Shown here one piece after another: positions 54,064 through 64,000 of a stretch of 64,000 nt of DNA. This DNA comes from Bugula neritina (lineage: Eukaryota; Animalia; Bryozoa): the NCBI GenBank assembly GCA_964035545.1, contig OZ037768.1, forward strand, positions 4,806,741 to 4,870,740, in the 5' to 3' direction. The stretch's first letter is position 1. Every line of letters begins with the position of its first letter. A program made the translations under genes and the position numbers. The notes beneath the pieces were generated by a model. That model was not told the origin of the DNA. It did no database searches and saw only the letters and a list, made by a program, of their open reading frames with translations.

Positions 54064-54133
54064 ATCATAATCTGATACTGATAATATCAGTATCAGATTA
54101 TGATACTGATATTATCAGTATCATAATCTGATA
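54064..54133. repeat. Two overlapping perfect palindromes (20-bp and 21-bp arms, 1-nt spacers)
   Basis: 54064-54104 ATCATAATCTGATACTGATA-A-TATCAGTATCAGATTATGAT and 54091-54133 TATCAGATTATGATACTGATA-T-TATCAGTATCATAATCTGATA. Confidence 0.9.
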
Positions 54134-54963
54134 ATACTTAGTAAGCTTTTATAAGTATAACATTAACAGTAAAACTAAAAGTAATTGTAAATTAGTAGTA
54201 TTACTATTAGTAGGTACTACTAGTATTAGTACTACTAGACTTAATAATAGTACCAATACTGCTGTACTAGTACTACCATTAGTAGTAAAAATAAATATTA
54301 ATATCATAATTATAGAATAAAATTAAAATACAATTTAAATTATAAAATTAAACGCGTAGATCAAAATGAATAAATCACTGTATCACTATCAGTATCAGAA
54401 AGTATTACAAAACTCTTACAGTTTGAGTTAGTAACTATAAGAGTTTTATAATATATATATACTAAGTATAATTGCAAGGCTGCCTTAAGTTTTTACAGTT
54501 GCTAGAGTATTTCCACTAGTGGCTTGCAGTAAATGTAATAATTATAAACATTCTTTTCTTTCTAAATTTTAAAAGTCATGTTCTCATTTTCAAATTGATG
54601 TTAATAATTACTATTAGCATTGCAACTGTTTTATTCTGACTTAACTTATTATTTTTAACGGGATTCTACTTGCAATGGTATCTAAGCTTAATTAGTATTT
54701 TGCCATTTATTCTATAATTAGTAGTAATGCTACAATGTAGTAATTGTTTAAGAAACTTTTCAAAATAGCTTAACATTATTAAATGTCAAACATCATTTGT
54801 TAGAGACCATGTATATATAGGTAATAAGTAACATTACAGTTGTGTAATATTGTTTCTGTTGTTGTATTACTGCCTACTTTACTTACATACTAAGTGAAAA
54901 AATATGCATTATAGATCTCCGATTTATATCTACATGAGAGGCAAGTAAATTAAGGAAAGCACA

Positions 54964-57900
54964 ATGGCTCAAATCCTTAAATTGCTGTTTTTTGATACAT
55001 TTTCTCACAACACTTCAGGGGTAAGTAATTCGTTTTCTATGCTTATTTTCATTTAGCTGAAAAATAATTTAATGGGGACTGTCTTCTGTTTTTGGAAATA
55101 ATAGTGCAACTAAAAATTTATTTCTAGTGGAACAGAGCAGACCAAACACATGTGAACGAAATTGGCCACACGAATCTTGAGTGGTCAAGGCGGGAGATTC
55201 GGTTTATCTTTTTCTGCAAAATATAAGCGAATCATTCATTTTTATTGAATAAGCAAGTGTTGAGCTGATAGCAAGTTACATTAAACTGTATTCAAATTTA
55301 TGACAGGAAACACAAACAAACACTTGCCGTAATTAAACTTAGAACAAATACTTGTGCCCCATCCCCTAAATTGTTTAACCAGGCAAAGTTGATTCATCCA
55401 TAAAATTCGCATTTCCCACCGAAACTATTTGCACAACCGCTCAAACATTTACTTTTGCACTACATTCAATCACGCTAATTTCGCTCAATGTATTTGGTCT
55501 TTAATACTTTTACTGTTTGATATGACTAGGGATAATTTTGTAGAATTGCTTTCAGTTGAAAATTATTCTTCTAAATAGTATGCTTGCGTTGTTTTGAATG
55601 TTGTGTCCAAATATTTCAGCATGTGGGCAATAATTATTTTTCAAGTTTTAATATTTTGTCTGTCTATAAGTGCATTATGTGGTCTCACATGCTCTTTGCC
55701 TTTTTTTTTAAAGTAATTATTATTTAGCATTAAAAACTGCAAACTGGAGCAGTAGAAATTTATTGATGGACTGAATTTGTTCATGAAGTTACTTTTTAGT
55801 TTCTTACTACCTTTGACAACAATGCAATAAAAGCTGTAGTAGTAGATTATTGTATAAATATCTGAGTAAGAAACTTTTCTTTTCTAGGTGCCTAATTTAG
55901 ATTTGATTCAGTTCAATGAAGTAGTTGCTGTACAGGAAGTGAGGGTAGTTCCATTAGGAGCGAAGTTAGAGATGAATTTAGGCGGTACACGGCTAGGTGC
56001 AACTAACCCAGTCAGCTTTTACATTGAAGCATATGTAAACAACTGTACCAACAACAGCCAAGCTACATTTCAGAGAGTAGCCAGGTGAGTTGCATTAGCA
56101 CGGTCACTTCACAAAGATAACCCCATCATTGGAAATTGTGCCGTATAATTTTGTCGCAAGCTCTGTACATTGTCACAAATACCTTATAAATTGCTTATGA
56201 TTTTTGCAGTAAATACAATTTTTTTTTATTTGTGTCAGTTTGGATTACCATGAACGGAATATCCAGATGGTCTTTGAGAGTCAATGCCCTACAGACTGCC
56301 TGATTATTAAGGGGAATTACAGCACTGTAAGTTTAGCTGTTTATGGCTATGTAATAAAAAATGTTTCTCAACCTCAACATCCCAGTCAGCAGCAACAGTC
56401 TTCTCAGCTTCAAAGGTCACCAGAAGGTAAATGTTCCATGTTCATCGTTGATAACAAGCCTTCAATAAACCCTTTGCATATGTCACTATTACTCACTTGT
56501 TAGTTAAGAGTTGTGTCCACCATGCCACTACAATTTTCAACCTGGTTATCAGAAGCTTGCTCATAAAATTTTTAGTTTTGAGCTCTGGCATAATATCCGA
56601 ATCATAATACTATAGAATTGTTTTTTCAGGTAGCAGTGTACATATTCATATTTCAATAAAATATTTATAAAACAAATTTTTCTAGAAAACGATCAATTTA
56701 AAAGCAGTTTTTGCTTATTTGTGCATTGAGCAATGTGGCAGTGGCAGCTAGGATATAAATCCTATCAATCATTTGATACTCTGGCCAAATTGTTCTAATG
56801 TGCTCTTTTTCATGAACTTAAAAATGTACCGGTATGGTGGGGACAACCTCTAATTAAACTTGAGTAATAGTTTTATGATCTTAAATTTATTTGTAATTTT
56901 GTCTATTTACCATGGCCAATTGATAATATTATAACATATTTATTGTATGAAATGGGAAATTTATTTTAAATTGATATTATAAATGTGATTGGTTGAGATA
57001 TAAGCATATCATTGGCTGACTGTTATAATACATGCATTCCGGTGTGATTGTAAATGGTACCTCTGCTTACAGCTGTCATAGAGACACAAACAGCTGAGAG
57101 TGAGGTTGCTATACTTCCTAGCCAACAAAAAGAACTGAATACCCAAGAAAGCAACATTCAAGTTAATGGTAAAGATGTTATGCTATAATAATTGTTGTAT
57201 GTCTGCACTAATTGTTGTATGGTGTCAGACCTAAGTTAATAGGGTTTCTACAATGTTGTTGTGGTCAGGCGGATGTGTCACGTTTGGCTTGTTTAGCATG
57301 TGAGCACAGTTTTAGATCAATTTTCATGTTCACGTTTTAAAATCAGTGATCAAGCTGATTCAAACTATCTTGTGCATAAAATAGCTTCATTAATTTATTT
57401 TTATGTTCCAATATCTAGTATAGAAAGACGTGAGGCTCCATACAGTATGCAATTGGTGACTAGGCAAGCTAATCTTTGTATTGCTTGTAATCTATTTGAC
57501 TTATATATGTTATCAGTCAGCTTCTCTATGTCATACGGAGGAGGTATTTCATTATAAAACTGGTTCTACAGTGCAACCTCCTTCCAGTGGTGTCAACACT
57601 GGTTCCGGTGGAGAAGGAGATGCTGGTGCTAGTGTTGCTCACGACACCGAAGACTTGGACATGTACACAGAAGAAGACGTGCTTGCTGGAGACATAATTA
57701 CTACAGACGAGGTGCTTACAGAATTTAGTTTTGCTCTACAAACACTTCTACCATCTAGAATTTCAATTATTTACAGCTTTTAGTTTGATACAATTTTTTC
57801 CTACTGCACCTTCTTAAGACTTGATGGCTCAAAATTTAGTTGATTGAAAATAATAATTTGAAAAGCATAAGTTATTGGAAGTGTTTTATCATGATTTAGT

Positions 57901-60900
57901 TTTTTTTAATCAGTATGTAATCTTTAATAATTATGTTATTGTTACCTTAATATTTTGTCTTTTGATCTACATTATTGCTATATTCAATCATAGACTGGAT
58001 ATGATGATGGCTATGATGGGTACACAGATGTAAACACATTTAACCCATACCAGTTTGAAGCTGCTCCATTGCTGGTGTGTTATTCACTCTAATTATTCAC
58101 CACCGTTATAATTCTTTATTGCTAGTTAGGCTTATTAGCGTAACTCCCCTTTTCCTTGCATTATAAAAATTGTTTCAACTGTAAGACTACCCTTTGTATA
58201 ATTGCTACAAACAGTTTTCATGTATGTGTACATGCGTTATTCTGCTTATGACGTTTTTGGCCTTCAATTTTTTCAAAGTTTTACTTCAAAATGAAGTTGC
58301 ACAAATAATACAACGACCAATAACAGCCTTAAGTTTATATAACTTCTCAAAATTTGGTTGCGTTGTGGCAATGACTTGACTGACTGAGATAGCCCAAGCT
58401 CCAACTTTACATACCACATGCAATGCTTGAAACTGTAGACATACTTCAACCCTGCCATTTCTGAGTACGCACAGGAGAAACTGAAAGTTGGGAATGACGA
58501 GATACTCACCTCTTCTGCTGAACAACTTCTGCAAATTATTGAGAGGTTCTCGGACCAGCCCCATCATGACAAGTATGCGCTACAGTGGTTCTTAGTTTAT
58601 AATGCAATTAGTAAAATGTTATCGCTTTGATACGGTTCTTCCTGCAACAGTTATATTTTATTTAGTGAACAAAGTGAAAGTTATCAGTATGTAAAAGCAA
58701 TAACTGTTTGTAAAATTTTATTATATAATTATCTGATTAAATCCCTTTCAAGATAGTTTATTGAAGGTTTTCTGCCATTAGAAGGATTTACGCTTGCTAT
58801 TGCTTTGAACCGTAAAAATATATTATATGTTGCAGGAAGACAAAACATAATTTATGATTGCTCAATCCGACATAATGCGCTCATAAAACACATGAATTTT
58901 TATGTCAGATGCAGTCAATTTCAATTTTTCCAATGCTGTGAAGAACAGAATACCTTATGTTGATGATTTGTGTCTTGCAGATGGGTGCAGGGCATGGAGG
59001 AAATGGCTGAACTTCTGGCAGGTGGTCTTGCCTCCCTGTCGGTGGTGGACCCGGCTTCCTTTGACAGTACAGTTAACACTTTGGTAGACTGGACTCTGGA
59101 GTCTCTCAACCTCCAGTCTGCCATGTGCCAACCTGAAACACCCTATAAAGTGCGGCATCTGAAGATGGGAATCCGGTTTACTGGGCAAATGCTGCTGCTG
59201 TATGACCAGCTCACTCTTAGACTCCTTGTAAGTTACTACTGTACTATGTAACTCTGTGTGAGTACTACTGTACTGTATAACTCTGTGTGAGTACTACTGT
59301 ACTGTGTAACTCTGTGTGAGTACCACTGTACTGTATAACTCTGTGTGAGTACTACTATACTGTGTAACTCTGTGTGAGTACTACTGTACTGTGTAACTCT
59401 GTGTGAGGACTACTGTACTGTGTAACTCTGTGTGAGTACTACTGTACTGTATAACTCTGTGTGAGTACTACTGTACTGTGTAACTCTGTGTGAGTACTAC
59501 TGTACTGTGTAACTCTGTGTGAGTTATATTGATATTTAGGAAACTGGAGTGCTGCAGTCTCTGTTTGACCTGTTCAACTCCCCTTACATGGCCACGTCTC
59601 TAAAGCTGCTTGTGCTGAAGACACTGGACCTTCTCACTCAGACCGATCGTGGTCTCAAGTGGTTTCTGGCCGACCAGCCTAGTCAAAAGAGTGGATACCA
59701 ACAATTGGTTGATATCGCACTCACTAAACAGGTACTTTTATATTTTCTCATGTAGTTGTACTCCCTCTCTCTTCATCCGGACTTTTATCATTTTTGTGTT
59801 TACAATGAAAATTCAGAGTGTCAATTTTAATGTTTTACTCACTCTGTTATGCCGTTTTCAAACATTATATGGTGCTGGCCGTTTCCCCGACATTGATTTT
59901 GAGTAAGAAAACTCCTCATCAATTTTTTTCTGTAAAGATATATTTGAAGACGTGACTGTGGATCTGTTTTCAAAAAAAATGTGCTTACTTTTATCTATGT
60001 CACATTTATTTTTTATGCAATTGCAGTTACTACGTTGTTTTAACTATTTTATTTACGATTTACCAAAATACAATTTTAATTAACAAATGTTTAATGCAGC
60101 TAGAATCTAGAGGAATTCTCTTTGTGGAACAGTGCTACTTTATACGTACTTGTATTGTAATATTCTTGTTATATTCTAGAATGCAAGGATTATGGTGGCC
60201 ATATCTCGTTTGTTGCGAAAGCTGCATGTCTTTGAGACGTTACAGAAACTGAAAGATTTAGCTGACAGGTGAGTAGTTATGTTATCACGGTTATAGCTAT
60301 ATAGTCATAATCAGCTTAAAATTTGAAAATTCACTCATTTGCTATTCAAATGTAGATTTGTGTTTCCTTGTTGATGTAACATTTTATTATTAGAGTTGTC
60401 TTCCACTTGCAGTCTTGCTGACCGGACATATAATCTGATGAAAACTCCGATGTCTGATGAGAAACAGCAAGCAGCGTCTGCTGAGGACAGTAACCAATCA
60501 GCATCAAACACCATTTCTTTTGAGAGCTTGGCGGATCAACTGCCTTCCCTAGACGAGGAGGATGTCTATGTAATTGTGGCTTGTTTAGAAGAAGCATATG
60601 CTGTGTATAAACATGCCACAAATCTCATCGTAAGTGTTCAATTAGTTTCTCTATAAATAATTCAAGTTACTTTCTTACTTATGAATTTAAAGGAAACTGG
60701 TTGTTATTCTTTCCAGGCTGAACAAGTTGCCATAAATTTTTCGTCACCAGATATTTATACTTTGAAAATTATTTGTTATATAACTATTACTGTTGGGTTA
60801 CGTGTCCTAAACAATGCAATGTATACATGCAGCATTCAACTTGTTATTGGATTATGGTGATTAATTAATGGGCATTTTATAAAATTGTTTTTCTCAGAAA

Positions 60901-63510
60901 GTTGATTGTCTTTTTTCAACTACAAATGTGTAAAATTATGATAAAAAATTAGTTTAAACTAATAAATCGCTTATATTCAACAATGTAGTAATAAAATTGT
61001 ATCTATATTGTTACATATTGATTATTTATAATTGTTTATGTAACAAAGCTAAATAAATCCCATCTCCCGGCTGTTCTATCTAGGTTTCTTTTTATTAATT
61101 TAAAGCAGCTTTGTTACAACTTCTATTTTACCCTACATATATTTTGGAAAAGAAAATAACTTTTGTTAAATTTTGGGGAATTAAAATTACTAAAGTTTTT
61201 TCAGGATCTTGTGAAAATGCTATTTTACACGTTTTTAGGCTCAGCCTGCTCAATGCAGCATTCCTTCAAGAAAGGTATTTGAAGTTACCCACCCTACCCC
61301 AGACCCCTACCCAGCCCTGCTTAGCATCTTTTCATCCTGGTACGCACACGAGCTATTACTACTGTTACTGATTATAATATTTGTTATGGTATTTGTGGGC
61401 CACCTTTACAATTTGACTGTTTATGTGAACGCTTAGCAGAGACGATGAGCTTCTAAGAATTCGCACCAAGCCCGACTGTTGAAAAATCTGGTTTCTCAAA
61501 TTTCATGTTGTTGTAGAGATTAATTTCACTTATTCATTGATGCACAATAGAAGTAATGCATTTTCTCAAAACAAGCAACGTTTTCTTGTTTCCAATTGGA
61601 AGTTGTCAAAGCACCGCCATAAATGACTTCTCTGGGTTCATTTTGATGCAAATATCTTGGATTGTTGTGAAAATGGGAATTATCTTTAAATATTCAGTAA
61701 ATAATGTTGCCCGTTGAAATTGTGCAATTAAATTTTCATTTGAGTTTCATTTCATATATTTGCAGCAAATTGCTGGAAGTAATATTTGTTCTCATATCAT
61801 CACCTCTTGTATCTGGAGAAGCAGCCATCTTCAATGCAGTGCGTGACCTGATAAATGAGTTGATAAAAACTCAACAAGGCCTTCTATATATCACCACAAA
61901 TGTCGACACCATTAGCTGCATCATGAGAGCTTTACTCCAGGTAAATATTAGAGCCATTGGTTAAATTTAGATTTATCTCCCCTATCTTAACTTTTTATAA
62001 ATAATTTGTATTTGCTAGTAGAGTTATAAGCCAAAGCTGCCGTCTCTAAGTATTTGTTTTATAGCTTTATGCAGTTGACTCATTGAAGGTATATATGAGT
62101 GTTATCGTACTGCACGTGAAAAATCTTTACTTTTCACACTAGGTTTTTATAAAAATAATATTTTATAAGTTATTAAGTGAACAGCAGTTCAATAAAAGGG
62201 CCTCTGCCGTCAATGGCACATGTTGCTGTCTGTGACATGCGGAATCGTCAGCAAGAGATTTCGGAGGCATAATTTCTGTACCTGGAGGCTGCTGCTGTCC
62301 AATGACGCGGTGCCCAACATTATCATAATTAATGTCAGTTAAAATCAGTCCAGTCTCAACACCTTAGTGTCCAGGCTGATTTGCCCACCTCTCCTACCTA
62401 TATGTTAAGTTGTGTCCTAAATTTATTAAACTTTTAATCTACATACTGTCAGATCATAAATCAAATGTTAGAAATGTGCAAATAACCAGTCACCGACAGT
62501 TTCCACCGAAGGTTTTCGTGTATGGCAGTAATACGACCACAACTTCAAGTGATTACTATTTTTAATTATTGTGTCAAATTTTGACTTTGCAGTATGACAA
62601 AGAAGATCCTGATGAAAATTCTGCTCAGACTTTGGGGCTGACTTTAGCCTACCATATGCAGGTACTATTTTATATAACATTACACAATTTTGGCTTAGTA
62701 AAATCTGGTGACAGATATAAATTTGGTGTGAACTTTACTGTTTGTATGAAATGTATATGGTGTGCATCTATTATTACCAAAGACCAAGCATATTTGCATT
62801 GTTAACTGCACATATATTATATTGTGTGATTTTTGCCGGTTACTATCTAAAACAAAACACCATTTAAACAGGCTTTGCAATACGTGGATCAACTCAAAGA
62901 AACTGTATCCCAAATGGAAGCTGAAGAAACAGCTATTGTCGGGGAAGAGGCAGGGTTATTGGCAGTTTTACACACCATGTTTGTTCTTACTGTGAACCCG
63001 ATGGGCCGTGACGCTCTGGTCACTGTTCTAGCTATGGACTTGGAACCTCTACTCGGTCTTATAGCTCCAACAGGTACCATGTAATGATGAGTTATTATGT
63101 GTTGTAACTATTTAGATATTTATCCATTGTCTCCATTATTGAAATGATCAATTGTGTTACAAATTAGCAAGCAATCCACGCAGCTACACGAACTTTGCTG
63201 TGAAGGGCATTTTAAATTCACTTACTTGACACAGTTTTGGTCACAGCTTCAAGCATAGCAAGATTGGGTTAGCAGCTTAGTGTTTGCAATTCCAAGAATA
63301 TCAAGTTTACGACTTAGTGTACCTCTAAGATGTAGAATGTGGAGAATTGAACATGCATGTCTGTAGGTAATGATGAGGTAGATGGAAAGATCAGAACAAG
63401 TACAATAGCCAAGTATGTGAATGATTTGGCTCAGTTGGTTGTTATGTACACCACAGATATCTCTATAATACAGTCCCAGATTCCTCGCCTCATCACACTT
63501 ACAACGTTTG
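54964..63510 (+). CDS. VIRMA: Protein virilizer homolog (m6A writer complex subunit), 5' part; continues beyond window
   Basis: Exons 54964-55020 (MAQILKLLFFDTFSH), 55888-56084 (LDLIQF..VAVQEVRVVPLG..GATNP), 56239-56426 (TDCLIIKGNYSTVSLAVYG), 57073-57168, 57521-57711, 57994-58074, 58439-58572, 58981-59227 (VRHLKMG), 59540-59731, 60180-60268, 60413-60629, 61239-61339, 61766-61940, 62593-62661, 62872-63073, 63367-63510. Matches the VIR_N domain. Confidence 0.93.
55139..55500. mobile_element. Probable MITE in VIRMA coding intron 1
   Basis: Imperfect terminal inverted repeats AGACCAAACACATGTGAACGAAATTGGC / GCTAATTTCGCTCAATGTATTTGGTCT. Confidence 0.5.
56504..56853. mobile_element. Degenerate MITE, possibly Kolobok-type (TTAA-flanked)
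   Basis: TTAAGAGTTGTGTCCACCATGCCACTACA vs the reverse complement of TGTACCGGTATGGTGGGGACAACCTCTAA. Confidence 0.45.
59232..59525. repeat. 29-bp minisatellite (GTAACTCTGTGTGAGTACTACTGTACTGT)n, ~10 copies, filling VIRMA intron 59228-59539
   Basis: Directly visible; makes up almost the whole intron. Confidence 0.97.
62134..62151 (+). promoter_or_regulatory. Candidate snRNA proximal sequence element (PSE) for U11
   Basis: TCACACTAGGTTTTTATA begins ~59 nt upstream of the U11 5' end, at the typical PSE position, and is TCAC-initiated. The lineage's PSE consensus is unknown. Confidence 0.4.
62193..62316 (+). ncRNA. RNU11: U11 small nuclear RNA (minor spliceosome)
   Basis: AAAAGGGCCTCTGCCGTCAATGGCACATGT...TGCGGAATCGTCAGCAAGAGATTTCGGAGGCATAATTTCTG...GCGGTGCCC aligns co-linearly with vertebrate U11 as I recall it (AAAAAGGGCTTCTGTCGTGAGTGGCACACGT...TGCGGAATCGACATCAAGAGATTTCGGAAGCATAATTTTTTGG...GCGCCC). 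Stems pair with compensatory changes, and an Sm-like site and 3' hairpin are present. Confidence 0.92.
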
Positions 63511-64000
63511 GTTGGTATTGCCTTCTCAATGTTATATTTTACTTTGAAATAACTAATCTGCATAATATACAGCTCAATAGCTCTCACTGTTGATTCTTTA
63601 CATTAGAATATAATATCGGTGTGTACATTTTCTGCTAAGTGGAATCAACAATTTATTCTTTAATGGCTTAAAAAGCCTCAGTTTGCAGGAGATTTTTAAG
63701 CACCAAATTATAAACTTACAAAAGTGTATAATTATGCTTTATGAAGTATATTTTAGCTTATATGTGTCTCTCATTCGGGGAAAATGCAAAATTTTGCTTT
63801 GGAATGGATAGATTGCATTTAGCTTTATGCTAGAGTAGTATATAACACATTTAGAATAAAGATCATTAGTTTTTAAAAATTATCATAAATTTTATTTGTA
63901 AGTTTATGGATGCGGTACCGTCTGTTGATTGTACCATATTAATCGCTGGTGACACAATAACCCAATAGTTAATATTATCACATTGCTGTGTGGTTACATG

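Noticed and set aside
27782-63510. Apparent cluster of RNA-modification/processing genes (QARS1, WDR4, VIRMA, U11)
   Set aside because: They are interspersed with unrelated genes in a gene-dense genome, and nothing in the sequence shows co-regulation.

Overview
AT-rich, intron-rich genomic DNA from an invertebrate animal (a spiralian/lophotrochozoan is my guess; the species cannot be established from the sequence). I reconstructed exon structures by hand from GT-AG boundaries and reading phase. Ten protein-coding genes, in order: QARS1 (5' end, minus), a Bcl-2-family gene (plus), HCFC1-like host cell factor (minus, ~964 aa), a 97-aa single-pass membrane protein with tyrosine motifs (minus), WDR4/Trm82 (plus), a type I membrane protein with a chitin-binding type-2 domain and a Tyr/Pro-rich tail (plus, ~405 aa), a divergent ADI1-like cupin (minus), ZMYND10 (minus), a tail-less two-box HMGB (plus) and VIRMA/virilizer (plus, runs off the window). 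Features absent from the ORF track include a U11 minor-spliceosome snRNA gene nested in a VIRMA intron and a hAT MITE with a perfect 8-bp TSD that carries a second nested foldback element. Other non-coding features are a REL-endonuclease LINE remnant beside a (TAA)n tract, several small MITEs, four intronic minisatellites, overlapping perfect palindromes and 6-nt-periodic simple sequence next to nearly every promoter. The most novel-looking candidates are the putative chitin-binding signalling receptor, the LAT-like adaptor and the intronic U11 gene. Most short ORFs in the supplied track are spurious.
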